Source: a virus
Taxonomy: Duplodnaviria > Caudoviricetes
Reading direction: 5' to 3' (one strand)
Length of the DNA: 64,000 bases
IMG/VR virus record: IMGVR_UViG_3300048927_000140
Coordinates: 447-64,446 of that record
Shown here: positions 1-9,488 of the stretch, piece after piece
Layout: every line of letters begins with the position of its first letter
Position numbering within the stretch: the stretch's first letter is position 1
Notes under the pieces: generated by a model
The model's database searches: none
Told to the model about the DNA's origin: nothing
Seen by the model: the letters and a program-made list of their open reading frames with translations, nothing else
Program-made: the position numbers and the translations under genes

Positions 1-38
1 AACGACTACTAGCTTCCGCATGGCACGGAAAAATAAAG

Positions 39-575
39 ATGGAGTTGCCCACAGATATTGACGCAGTTGTCCGTGATACCATGAATCGCCTTGCTAAAGA
101 TTACCCTGTGTTGTCGGCCATCGAAATTCGTCCTGGTGATGCAGAGGTCATGGACGCAAGTGGTTCGTTGGCCACAAAAGCTCACGACGCTATATATCTG
201 CATCCGCATATCTGGCTAGATCACGGCAGATTGAAGAAACACGCCAAGGACTGGGACGAGGCCATGGTTGATCCGTCTATCGCAGGTCTAATCATTCACG
301 AAGCAGGACATATTTTAGATGGCCTTGTTCTTCGGAGACTGGGAGCCAAGAAGTATAACGCCCTTCTTGGCTCTTTCATTCGGGACTTCACTGGCATCTA
401 CAACGATGAGGCTGCGAGTGCCTATGGACAAGAAAACATATTTGAGTTCGTGGCCGAGGCGTTCACCGCGTTCTACCAAAATAAGCACGCGCTTCGTTTG
501 GAGAATGATCTAACCAGAAAATCAATGGACGTATCGAAACGACTCTGGGCAGAATTTAATAAGGTACTCAAATGA
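39..575 (+). CDS. Zincin-type metallopeptidase (HExxH; anthrax-LF/MuF-associated-like)
   Basis: IHEAGHILD HExxH motif followed by SAYGQENIFEFVAEAF (S.Y...N..E.FAE pattern that supplies the third zinc ligand). Confidence 0.7.
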   Translation: MELPTDIDAVVRDTMNRLAKDYPVLSAIEIRPGDAEVMDASGSLATKAHDAIYLHPHIWLDHGRLKKHAKDWDEAMVDPSIAGLIIHEAGHILDGLVLRRLGAKKYNALLGSFIRDFTGIYNDEAASAYGQENIFEFVAEAFTAFYQNKHALRLENDLTRKSMDVSKRLWAEFNKVLK

Positions 576-901
576 AAATCAATGCAGCACAACGCCTGAT
601 GGCCAGCTCGGACCCTCAGTGGTTTCTGGATCTGAGCGATGAACAGCAGCGCCAGTATCTGGACGATCACCCAGGATCCAAGCTGCATCCAAGTGCGCAG
701 GAGCACAAAGACAAGGGCCAGATTAAGCCCCACGGCATGAGCAAGGCCGAACGTCAAAAGGACATTGAGTTCCTGAAGCGTCAGATTCAATACGCCAGGG
801 ACGATATCGCTGAGCTGGAGGCCGATGGCGAAGACGCGACGAAGGAGCGCAAGGTGCTCAAGGACAGCTTGGACGAGTTGCGCGATCTTCGGAAAGGATA
901 G
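572..901 (+). CDS. Small putative internal head protein with INAxxRL leader
   Basis: Starts MKINAAQRLMASS, contains WFLDLSDEQQRQYLDDHPGS and a C-terminal coiled coil; start overlaps the upstream stop. Confidence 0.7.
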   Translation: MKINAAQRLMASSDPQWFLDLSDEQQRQYLDDHPGSKLHPSAQEHKDKGQIKPHGMSKAERQKDIEFLKRQIQYARDDIAELEADGEDATKERKVLKDSLDELRDLRKG

Positions 902-903
902 CC

Positions 904-1113
904 ATGATCCAAGTCAATGCCACACAGCGTCTGCTGAGCCAGATGAGCAATCAGGAGAAGATCACGCACTACTCCAAGATGCTCCAACGGGTAAAGCACC
1001 GCCTACACCAGCTGGACCCAGACCGACAACCGCGCACAACCGAGCGTTACCTCAAATGGGCTGTTCGCTTGGAGAAGCGTATTGCCGGCCTCAAATCACG
1101 TCACCGTTACTAA
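904..1113 (+). CDS. Small basic protein with INAxxRL leader
   Basis: Starts MIQVNATQRLLS; AAGGA RBS upstream; tightly packed between neighbours. Confidence 0.65.
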   Translation: MIQVNATQRLLSQMSNQEKITHYSKMLQRVKHRLHQLDPDRQPRTTERYLKWAVRLEKRIAGLKSRHRY

Positions 1114-1122
1114 GGACATACC

Positions 1123-1575
1123 ATGGACCAACAAGCACTGCAAGAACTCATCGGCCTCTTTCTGAAGGTCAATCCACAACCGTCCGATCAACAGTTCCAT
1201 GCCTTTGCCGAGGCCATCGGCATCGACAAGGAAACGCTGGAGTCCATCGCATACGCAATGCTGGGCGAAGCCGAGGACCTTCTGGAGGATCCGGTCTCCG
1301 CATCGCTGATCCATCAGGTGAATGCGAATGCGCGCCTGGGCGCCGCCACCGTGACTGCCGATCAGGAGGAGGTGTTGGACGATCCAACTATCGATCCTGA
1401 CGACCTGAGCCTCAGCGATGTGGCCTTGAACGACGGCGATCCAACCGACGACGATCTGGGCCAGCAAGAAGAAGCGCTGGACGACGGCTATACGGAAGAC
1501 GACGTTGGCGTGGGCCTGACCAACAACGTACAGGACGTGCTGAACGACGACGGCGTTATCGATCGGGAGCTCTAA
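1123..1575 (+). CDS. Acidic putative head/virion protein
   Basis: AAGGAC RBS; D/E-rich C-terminal half; internal QVNANARLGA motif. Confidence 0.65.
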   Translation: MDQQALQELIGLFLKVNPQPSDQQFHAFAEAIGIDKETLESIAYAMLGEAEDLLEDPVSASLIHQVNANARLGAATVTADQEEVLDDPTIDPDDLSLSDVALNDGDPTDDDLGQQEEALDDGYTEDDVGVGLTNNVQDVLNDDGVIDREL

Positions 1576-1576
1576 C

Positions 1577-2263
1577 ATGTGGTCCGGCCTGGGAATCGAT
1601 AAGCGAGCCTTGCAGAGTCGGCCTACGCCGGACACCTACCCGTCGGTGTTCAGCCCGAACTGCAAGGTCCACTGGGACGCCGTGATAAACGGACTACCCC
1701 AAGAAGGTGAGGCTCAAGCTCTGTGGGCCACAGCCATACACGACTTCGTGGTCGCGTGTCGTGCAGCCAACACCAGTCCGTTCGCGGGCCTCCAGCAGAC
1801 ACGCAACGATCAGATCGTTAGTGCTCTGCGCAATTCACGTCGGGCCGTGCTCAAGGTGCTGGACAATTCGTATGCGTTCAAGATACTAACCTTGAAAGCG
1901 GTGAGGCGTAGCTGCACCGTCACCGACAAAGGCTTTGTTCTGCGCGTCGAAGGCGAGATCATGGCCGTCGATCCAACGGTCACCCATTGGTTGTTGAAGA
2001 AACCGTGGCCTGCCTTCCAGCTGAAAAACAAAGGCGTATATCGGAAGCAGTTGGATCATCATACCCAGATGATCTTCTACAACGCTGGCGCGAACCTACC
2101 TCTGCGTTGGCACATCGGATACGAGATCGCACTGGACCTGAGGCCGGCGCTGCCCAATCCACTGGCATCCGACGCCGAGCAGGAGCAGTTCATACTCAAG
2201 GTGCTGTGGGCACACGTCATGGCTGACACGAGGACCCGCGAGTGGCATAGGCGCAAGCTCTAG
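1577..2263 (+). CDS. Hypothetical protein (228 aa)
   Basis: GGGAG RBS, operon packing, stop followed by a terminator hairpin. Confidence 0.65.
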   Translation: MWSGLGIDKRALQSRPTPDTYPSVFSPNCKVHWDAVINGLPQEGEAQALWATAIHDFVVACRAANTSPFAGLQQTRNDQIVSALRNSRRAVLKVLDNSYAFKILTLKAVRRSCTVTDKGFVLRVEGEIMAVDPTVTHWLLKKPWPAFQLKNKGVYRKQLDHHTQMIFYNAGANLPLRWHIGYEIALDLRPALPNPLASDAEQEQFILKVLWAHVMADTRTREWHRRKL

Positions 2264-2282
2264 TAAATACGTGTTGAAGGAG

Positions 2283-2324
2283 AGGAGAGACAGTTCCAAG
2301 GCTGTCTCTCCTTTTGTCGTTTGA
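2283..2324 (+). terminator. Intrinsic terminator
   Basis: Stem AGGAGAGACAG/CTGTCTCTCCT followed by TTTGTCGTTT. Confidence 0.7.
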
Positions 2325-2384
2325 CCCGACGCCACAAAACTCAATTTCACGGTTGACGTACCCCAAACAACCAAAGGAAATCCC

Positions 2385-5300
2385 ATGACCAACAAACTGC
2401 GAAGCACCACGAACCTGGTCGTTCCTCAACACCTGCGCCTCAAGAGCGCAGATCGTCGGAAGCGATTCATGTACGTGTACACCGCGGCGTACCCGGGCCT
2501 TGAACCAGTGTTCATGAACCGCCTGTGGCTCAGCCACTTCTTCCCGCAGATCGCCAGTGACCCGTCGTTCGGCAAGAATCGTAAGGGCGTGCGTCTGTAC
2601 GTTCAGGCAGCTGAGAAATACAGCCGTGCCGGCCTGCTCAAGCTCAAGAAGGTGAACGACACTACGGATCCTCACTTCGTGGTCGCCGTCCCATTGGCCG
2701 AGTTCAACCGCTACGATCTCCAGAACTACGTGAACCAGCTCAAGTTCTGGTTCACCAACGGCAAAGGCGATCACTCCGAAACCGACAATCGTGCGCAAGC
2801 TCTGACCGACGCCCTGAAGTCGAATGCCGAGAACCCAGAGGTTCAGCAACAGCAAGTGCTGGCCGCGCAGATCATTCCACATCTGGGCCTCGACGCGAAC
2901 TCGCAGTTGGCCCTGAAGGAATGCTTCTTCGGCCTGCGTCTGCAATACGTCGGCGGCTTGGCTGTGGTCTTTGCCGACTTCAAAATCGCCAAGGACGAGG
3001 CCCAGCAACTCACGTCCACCGACTGGGCGATGATCCGTAACATGGACCTGTATCCGCTGATGCTCCAGTGGCAGATCAGCCTGTGGGGCTACCGCGACTC
3101 GGCACCGACCTCGTCGTTCCCCATGTCGAAAATCAGCAAAACCCTGCCACCGATCCACGAGTCGCAGGCTCGCATCAACGAACATGGTCTGTCGGTCGCA
3201 CCAGATGGTTCTGTGCTCTGGCTGCCGGAGCGGTTGGACAACACCAAGCGCTACGAGGACCTGTACTCCCAGGTTGGCGATAAGGGCGACGACACCTTCG
3301 GCCTGATCGATATGGGCGAGGCCGGACACGCTGCAACCACTGGCGAGGAGCTCAAGATCAAGCTGCCGGCCAACATTCCGGTGTTGGTCGACTGGGTGAA
3401 CAACCGTTTCGCCTACACCCAGGGTAACGGCGTGCTGAAGGTGCAGGACCTGACGCGCTTCAAAACGTGCGACGACTCCCACGCGGCCAATCTGCTGAAT
3501 CACTGGCTCATCGACAGCAAGGACGCCATGATGTTCATGGAGATGGGCAAGTCCGCTGGCGTGCCTGACGCGCTGTACTTTACCGAGGAAGAGGCCAAGG
3601 AGATCGAGGCCAACGACCCGATGACTGCCGGTCGCCTGATTGTCGGCGGCGGCGTGTCTGTAGAGCAGTATTGGGACACGGCCTATGACTATCATCGTCG
3701 CTTTGTCAACGAGAAGGATTTCAAGCTGGCGGATATCAGTATCGAGGGTGACCCAATCTGGCGTCCGTTCGCACGCTTCATCGAGACCGTGCAGGCCGCC
3801 GTGATCTCCAACATGGACGCAGTGAACCAGAAGTTCAGTGTCAGTGGTACGGCGTCCCGCTTGGGCACCATGACCCTGATCGCCAAGTACGGCAACAACC
3901 TGACACAGACGCTGACCAAATCGAACACGATTCGTGCCGCTGCTACCAATCAGGGTGTGGACCCGAACTGGCGTCCTGAGTCGGTACCCCTGATCATGGA
4001 CAATCCGGAGCGTCCATTCTCGCTGCTGCCGCACCAAGCGAAGGTGCGCAACATCATGAAGGACAGTCCGGACTTCGCCATTCTGCCAGTTCAGGCCGGC
4101 GGCGGTAAGACCCCTCTGGCCATCATCGACATTCTGATGGAGATCAAGGCCGGTCGCAGTGCGCCCTATCTGGTGCTGTGCCCCGCACCTCTGGTACCAC
4201 AGTACGTGAAAGAGGTCACGTACTTCACCAGCGGTCAGGTGAACTGCATTCCAATCGTGTCGGACGTGATCTTCCGTAACGGCTTCGACCGTCTGCAGGA
4301 GATGGTGGCAAGTGCACCGCGCAATACCATCGTGATCGTCAACTACGATGTGCTGCGCAACAAGGCCTACGACGTGTGCTATGGCACGACCAACGTCAAA
4401 ATCTACCCGGTCATCGAGTTCCTGCGCCAGTTCAACTTCGGCTACGCGATGATGGACGAATCGCACAACCTGAAGAACGACTCGCAGCGTACCCGTGCAG
4501 CCCTCCAGCTGATTGCTGACATTCCTAAGAAGCGTCTGGCGTCCGGTACGATGGCCCACGACTCGCCGTCCGACCTCGCGCTTCAGGTTGCGATGCTGGA
4601 CCCAACCCTGTTCGGATCTAGGGAGAAGTTCAACAAGCGCTTTGGCGCCGTTGTGAAGGGCAACCGCGTTATCGAGTGGAAGCCTGGAGCACAGCAGCAG
4701 ATCATGAGCATGATCCGCAGTCGTATCGTGGTCGCGAAGGCCATGCGTAAGGAATGGGCGGCTCTGCTGCCTATGGCTAAAGAGGACATGCACCTTGTGG
4801 AAATGAGCGAGGCGCAGCACTCGGTGTACCAAGCAATCCTCACCGAAGCCTTCGACAAGATGCGAGAAGACGCCAAGACTAATCCGGCACTCAAGAAATT
4901 CTTCGAGTCGCAGCCTCTGATGCTGGAGAATCCGCAGAAGAACGGCGACGAAGGCCTCGACGAGGAAGCTGATCAGGAAGCAGAGGACGCGGCCGACGAG
5001 AACGCCGGGGAAGACCTCGAGGGTCTGCTGGGCTTCTATCTGGCCCGCTTGGAGCAGTTCCTGACTGCACCGGGCAAGGACGAGTTGGGTGCACGTCTGC
5101 TGCACGGCGATGACCTGCGTAGCCCTAAGGTCAACAAGATCCTGGAACTCATTAAGATGCACATTGCCCAAGGAATCGAGGGCAAGGTTCTGGTGTTCAC
5201 CAACTACATCGAGAGCGCGGAGGAAATCTTCGAGGCTGCTGGTCCAGAACTTCAGGCCTCCGGTATCCTGTACACCGCTGGCGAGAAGGTTGAGGCTGGT

Positions 5301-7013
5301 GCCGCGTTCGAGACCGACGCGAAGAAGAAGTGGATGGTCGGTGTGGAGAACTCCATGAACACGGGCCTGAACTTCCAGCACGTATCGCGCCTGATTCGGG
5401 TCGAGAACGTCTGGAACCCTGGCACTCTGGAGCAAGGTAACTCGCGTATCAATCGTCCTGAACTCAAGAAGGCTGATCGTCGTGAGATGATCTACTTCGA
5501 CTGGATCGCGGTCAATCGTACTTACGACGTGACCAAAATCAGCCGCCTGATCTCCAAGATCATCGCGGTCTCCAAGTTTGAGAACGCGGAGAACCCGGCT
5601 TACGATGCGCTGCCGGACGTACCTGTGATCCCGATGAGCGCCGACGCTATTCTGGCGCGTAACACCCGGGAAGACCTGATCGAGTACGCGGACGCCTACC
5701 GTGAACACAATCAAGTCAAGTTCGACGACTACAAGGAGTACAGGGAGCGCCACGGTGAACTGAGCCTCACGCCGCTGATGATCGCGCCACGTCCAAAAGA
5801 TGCGGCCATCATGTCCGACGTTCCGTACGTACCTGGTCTGGAACTGTTCAAGGGTTCCGAACGCGGTCTGGTGCGTGTTGACGAATTCCTGCGCACGAAC
5901 GACACTGCGGTTGAAGTCGCTGACAAAGGCGGTGAAGGTGACGACGAGGGTGATGAGGGCGCAGACGAAACCAAGATGACGGAGAAAGAGCGCAAGAACA
6001 AAGCGTTGGCCGATGCGCTGATTGGCAAGTTGGTCCACACCGAGTTCGGCGATGGCGTCGTCAAGGGTATCGCAGCGTCCAAGAAGCGTGTCAACGTCAG
6101 CCTGCCTAACGGCTACTGGGTGGCAGTCAAATACTCGGCGGCCTTCGTCATCACTGACAAGGCAGTGAAGGGTGTGGAGATGCGCCAGCAGATCATCAAG
6201 GGCATTTCGGAAGATATGCCTGTCGTGGGTCCGCTGACGACCAAGAGCCCTCGCTTCAAACCAGACAAGGCAGGTGCGCGTCTGGCCGAGCAGAAGCGTC
6301 TGGCCGAGGAGCAGGAGCGCTTGAAGAAGCAGAAAGAGGAACAGATCGTCAACGGCCTGAACATCGAACTGCACTTCTCGATCTCCAACGGCTTCCTCAG
6401 CATCGTCTACTATCCAGAAGATGGTGACGATGCGTCGGCCGCACTTCAGGCCCTGGGCTTCCGTCCTGAAGAGCCGTATGTATTCGCTGAGGTACGTAAC
6501 TCGCCGCAGCTGGTGCAGCAGTTCAAGAAGTGGTGGGACGCCGGCTTCCGTTTCGATCCGAAGTTCGAGAAAGCAACGGGCGCGGCAGAGGCCATCAAGG
6601 ATCTGTCCAAGCTTCTGAAATCCGGCACGCTGCACAACGGTCAGATGGGATACAAGTTCGCGTCCCGTAACCAGATGGTGAACTTCTTCCGTATGGAGCT
6701 CAAGCCATCGGCCAATCCGAAGGAGTTCAAGCCCTACCCGATGATCGAAGACGGTGGTGCTTATCTGGTGATGCACACTCGTGGCCAGCCTGCAACCAAG
6801 GCCGCGATGCAGGTTCGTAGTCCAGGTATCCGCTGGCAGCACGCAGCAGATCGCATGGCCTACTACGGCCTGACGGTCGACAAGGTGAGTGCGAAGATGC
6901 GCGAGATTTTGGCCTCGGGCATTCAGATCATGAACCTCAAGGATCTGCAAGTCGAGTTCAAGAAACTCAAGAAGCAGAAGTTCCGCAACGCCGAAGTGGA
7001 ACAAGACAAGTAA
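2385..7013 (+). CDS. Large SNF2/SWI2-family SF2 ATPase (1542 aa)
   Basis: Q motif LLPHQ, Walker A VQAGGGKT, Ia LVLCPAPL, II MDESH, III ASGT, V TGLNFQ, VI QGNSRINR; AAGGAAA RBS. Confidence 0.85.
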   Translation: MTNKLRSTTNLVVPQHLRLKSADRRKRFMYVYTAAYPGLEPVFMNRLWLSHFFPQIASDPSFGKNRKGVRLYVQAAEKYSRAGLLKLKKVNDTTDPHFVVAVPLAEFNRYDLQNYVNQLKFWFTNGKGDHSETDNRAQALTDALKSNAENPEVQQQQVLAAQIIPHLGLDANSQLALKECFFGLRLQYVGGLAVVFADFKIAKDEAQQLTSTDWAMIRNMDLYPLMLQWQISLWGYRDSAPTSSFPMSKISKTLPPIHESQARINEHGLSVAPDGSVLWLPERLDNTKRYEDLYSQVGDKGDDTFGLIDMGEAGHAATTGEELKIKLPANIPVLVDWVNNRFAYTQGNGVLKVQDLTRFKTCDDSHAANLLNHWLIDSKDAMMFMEMGKSAGVPDALYFTEEEAKEIEANDPMTAGRLIVGGGVSVEQYWDTAYDYHRRFVNEKDFKLADISIEGDPIWRPFARFIETVQAAVISNMDAVNQKFSVSGTASRLGTMTLIAKYGNNLTQTLTKSNTIRAAATNQGVDPNWRPESVPLIMDNPERPFSLLPHQAKVRNIMKDSPDFAILPVQAGGGKTPLAIIDILMEIKAGRSAPYLVLCPAPLVPQYVKEVTYFTSGQVNCIPIVSDVIFRNGFDRLQEMVASAPRNTIVIVNYDVLRNKAYDVCYGTTNVKIYPVIEFLRQFNFGYAMMDESHNLKNDSQRTRAALQLIADIPKKRLASGTMAHDSPSDLALQVAMLDPTLFGSREKFNKRFGAVVKGNRVIEWKPGAQQQIMSMIRSRIVVAKAMRKEWAALLPMAKEDMHLVEMSEAQHSVYQAILTEAFDKMREDAKTNPALKKFFESQPLMLENPQKNGDEGLDEEADQEAEDAADENAGEDLEGLLGFYLARLEQFLTAPGKDELGARLLHGDDLRSPKVNKILELIKMHIAQGIEGKVLVFTNYIESAEEIFEAAGPELQASGILYTAGEKVEAGAAFETDAKKKWMVGVENSMNTGLNFQHVSRLIRVENVWNPGTLEQGNSRINRPELKKADRREMIYFDWIAVNRTYDVTKISRLISKIIAVSKFENAENPAYDALPDVPVIPMSADAILARNTREDLIEYADAYREHNQVKFDDYKEYRERHGELSLTPLMIAPRPKDAAIMSDVPYVPGLELFKGSERGLVRVDEFLRTNDTAVEVADKGGEGDDEGDEGADETKMTEKERKNKALADALIGKLVHTEFGDGVVKGIAASKKRVNVSLPNGYWVAVKYSAAFVITDKAVKGVEMRQQIIKGISEDMPVVGPLTTKSPRFKPDKAGARLAEQKRLAEEQERLKKQKEEQIVNGLNIELHFSISNGFLSIVYYPEDGDDASAALQALGFRPEEPYVFAEVRNSPQLVQQFKKWWDAGFRFDPKFEKATGAAEAIKDLSKLLKSGTLHNGQMGYKFASRNQMVNFFRMELKPSANPKEFKPYPMIEDGGAYLVMHTRGQPATKAAMQVRSPGIRWQHAADRMAYYGLTVDKVSAKMREILASGIQIMNLKDLQVEFKKLKKQKFRNAEVEQDK

Positions 7014-7025
7014 TAGGTAGTGCCT

Positions 7026-7070
7026 AAAGCCTCGCCGTCTCTCGGGACCGCGAGGCTTTTTTACGTCTGT
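7026..7070 (+). terminator. Intrinsic terminator
   Basis: AAAGCCTCGC...GCGAGGCTTT stem, T-run, then ACGTCTGT. Confidence 0.8.
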
Positions 7071-7118
7071 GGTCAGCGCCTAGCAATTTGATACTTTCAA
7101 CAAAGAAGGACAATCGCT

Positions 7119-7712
7119 ATGTACGCTAACCTCAAACAAATCATGCGCAGCAAAGGTTATCCCGCTTCCGCCGGTGACGACTGGACTGGTGCCGACACCA
7201 AGGCCTTTCACGGCTTTGCTGTCCGTGAACTGGGGCTGCCACTGACCAACGTCACCCACATGATGGCCTATCCGCAGGCGTTCCCTGCCGCGCTGGAAAA
7301 ACTCCAGGCCCTGACCGACGGCCTCGGCCTCAGCCCAAGTGCTGCGCCTATCCCACCGGCCACCAACGTGGACGCCGCAGTTCAATCGACCCTGCCTGTT
7401 GAGCCGCCGACTGCTCCAGCAGCCGCTCCAGTGGCCGCTCCAGTAGACGAGCCCCTGAGCCTGTCGCCGCAGGGCCAAGAGCCTAAGCAGAACCTCGAAC
7501 AGCAATTCACCAACGGTGAGACTGGCGATGGTCAAGATCACGACGAAGGCTCCTACGAGTCGAGCGGCGACGGTCTGGACAAGGCCAGCGACGAGAACGA
7601 AGGCGAGACTCCGCCAGTAGACGAGTCGGCTGAAGACGAAGAAAAAGTCGACGGCCCAGAAGAAGGCGGTGCTTCGGAAGACGAGGCATCGGACGAAACC
7701 CCACAGGAGTAA
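7119..7712 (+). CDS. Hypothetical protein with Pro/Ala linker and acidic tail
   Basis: AAGGAC RBS; CAATTT motif 30 nt upstream; low-complexity C-terminus. Confidence 0.7.
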   Translation: MYANLKQIMRSKGYPASAGDDWTGADTKAFHGFAVRELGLPLTNVTHMMAYPQAFPAALEKLQALTDGLGLSPSAAPIPPATNVDAAVQSTLPVEPPTAPAAAPVAAPVDEPLSLSPQGQEPKQNLEQQFTNGETGDGQDHDEGSYESSGDGLDKASDENEGETPPVDESAEDEEKVDGPEEGGASEDEASDETPQE

Positions 7713-7715
7713 TCT

Positions 7716-8114
7716 ATGGCAACCCCCAAATTCATCGGCAACTGGAGCAGCAGTGGTTCGCGTGGTGAGCCTCACGAAGGCGTTGGCGTTGCAGGCCAAC
7801 CTTCGCAAGCAGGTGGGGGTTCCATGACTGGCAAAAGCGGCGATATCGGCTACATCCCCATGAGCGCGATATTGCCGTCCGGCGGCCTCAATCAAAGCGT
7901 CTTCTTCCAATCGGAAGTTGGCGTCGATATCGACTACACTTTGTGTGGTCTGGGTCTCGCCACCAGTTCGGAACCCGCAGCGCAAGCTGCCTGCTTGTGG
8001 ACCGACAGCCAAACCGTGGCCGCAAATGCCATCGTTAAGGCAGACGTCCCGGGCTTCAACTGCATGCGCGTCACCTTCAACGGTAACGGTACGCTGTACG
8101 TAGGAGCGCTGTGA
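7716..8114 (+). CDS. Putative small virion structural protein
   Basis: AGGAG RBS; beta-rich 132 aa; lies directly before the prohead protease. Confidence 0.6.
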   Translation: MATPKFIGNWSSSGSRGEPHEGVGVAGQPSQAGGGSMTGKSGDIGYIPMSAILPSGGLNQSVFFQSEVGVDIDYTLCGLGLATSSEPAAQAACLWTDSQTVAANAIVKADVPGFNCMRVTFNGNGTLYVGAL

Positions 8115-8833
8115 TGGCTGAAAAAATCATCATTGCTTCCGAGCAGAGCACTCAGGTCATTGTGCCTGAGTCCAAGGAAGCTGAACAAGCTCTGCAACAG
8201 CTGGACTTTGCCACCTGGCTTCCGTACGCAGCGAAGGTCTACGATATCAACCCAGATATCAGGGCCTACGTTCTGGCCACTATTCCGATCTGCCCTTCGG
8301 ACATTCCGAATCGCAACGGCCTCGGCTTCCCTCTCAAGGAGCTTCTGGCCTTCCAGCCACCTCCTGTGGCTCGACAGTCGTACAAGGCCTGGACCGGATG
8401 CCCGCTGCACTACGAACACCGCAACGAAATCCATACCGACGCCTACGGCATCATTCTGGACACGGCTATGCGCCCAATCAAGGGCTACGGTAACGGTAAG
8501 CTGTACAAGGTGATGGGTCTGATCGGCGTGGACCGCACGAAGCATCCGGAGATGGCCCGCCGCGTGATCGCCGGCGATATCAACACCTACTCGATGGGTG
8601 CCTTGGTCGATGCGTTTAGCTGTTCGTACTGCGGTTCGCCTCTGACCAAGAAGCACAACTGCGGCCACGTCAATCTCGACCGTGATATCGACTGGAACGA
8701 GATTCGCAGCTGGGACAACAAGCGCCACATTGCGTTCCGTAACGCGCACGGCATCCAACCAATCGAAACCTCGCTGGTGGAATCGCCGGCCTGGACCACT
8801 GCATTGTCTGACGCAGTTCACACGAAGGAGTAG
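8114..8833 (+). CDS. Prohead (maturation) serine protease
   Basis: GCPLHYEH, YGIILD, YSMG, CSYCG and ETSLVESPA match HK97/herpes-type prohead protease motifs; upstream of scaffold and capsid. An alternative GTG start lies at 8111. Confidence 0.75.
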   Translation: MAEKIIIASEQSTQVIVPESKEAEQALQQLDFATWLPYAAKVYDINPDIRAYVLATIPICPSDIPNRNGLGFPLKELLAFQPPPVARQSYKAWTGCPLHYEHRNEIHTDAYGIILDTAMRPIKGYGNGKLYKVMGLIGVDRTKHPEMARRVIAGDINTYSMGALVDAFSCSYCGSPLTKKHNCGHVNLDRDIDWNEIRSWDNKRHIAFRNAHGIQPIETSLVESPAWTTALSDAVHTKE

Positions 8834-8835
8834 TC

Positions 8836-9174
8836 ATGACCTTTCAAATGAAAGCGGCGATCCGTCTCATGGCAGCCAAAGGTGCTGCGCCCGGTGAGTC
8901 GTTCACGCTGAACTACCTGTATCGCATCTACCACAACCAGAAGCTGCGGAAAGTGGGGAGTGCTTATGTAGGTGATGTTCCGCAAAACATCGCGGACAAG
9001 ATGCACATTTTCTTTGACTCCAACGGCTTCAAGAAAGTGGGCAACACCTACAAGGGTCATGACGAAGAGGTCAAGATGACGCCAGGCCGTCTGGAAGGCT
9101 ACGTGACTATTGCGGTTAAGACCAGCGGCTCCAACATTGGATCCCAACAAATTCTGAACCCAAAAGGACGGTAA
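8836..9174 (+). CDS. Small basic protein with INAxxRL-like leader
   Basis: Starts MTFQMKAAIRLMAA; AAGGAG RBS. Confidence 0.65.
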   Translation: MTFQMKAAIRLMAAKGAAPGESFTLNYLYRIYHNQKLRKVGSAYVGDVPQNIADKMHIFFDSNGFKKVGNTYKGHDEEVKMTPGRLEGYVTIAVKTSGSNIGSQQILNPKGR

Positions 9175-9175
9175 C

Positions 9176-9419
9176 ATGAACAAAGTCAATGCAGCACAAC
9201 GTCTGGCTGCCGCTTCGTCCGTGAGCAAGCCTATGGAGCGTGGATAACTCCACGCTCCAGAAGCTGAACAAGGTCAACGACGAGTTACACAAGCAGGCCG
9301 CCGCCCTGCAAGGCATCAAGAATAAGTTTGCAGGCGACCCGCATGGTGAAATCGTCGCGGCCCTGGAGCTTATCGAGCAGGCGCAGACCCGGATCGAAAA
9401 CGTCATCGACGTGAATTAG
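9176..9419 (+). pseudogene. Frameshifted INAxxRL-leader gene (or sequencing error)
   Basis: ATG 9176 gives MNKVNAAQRLAAASSVSKPMERG then stops at 9245-9247; the +1 frame continues VDNSTLQKLNKVNDELHKQAAALQGIK...VIDVN to TAG 9417-9419 with typical codon usage. Confidence 0.6.
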
Positions 9420-9488
9420 AGTCCCGTATCCGACGCGTCACACCATACAGTTTAATACCTGTAGCAACCCAAACCTATAGAGGACACC

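Noticed and set aside
2217-7004. 1595-aa ORF antisense to the SNF2 gene (also 9438..11132, 14323..16437, 51229..53316, 54377..56065)
   Set aside because: These are shadow frames produced by strong C/G third-position bias in the real genes; they show no motifs and an unnatural V/L/H/Q/R-rich composition.
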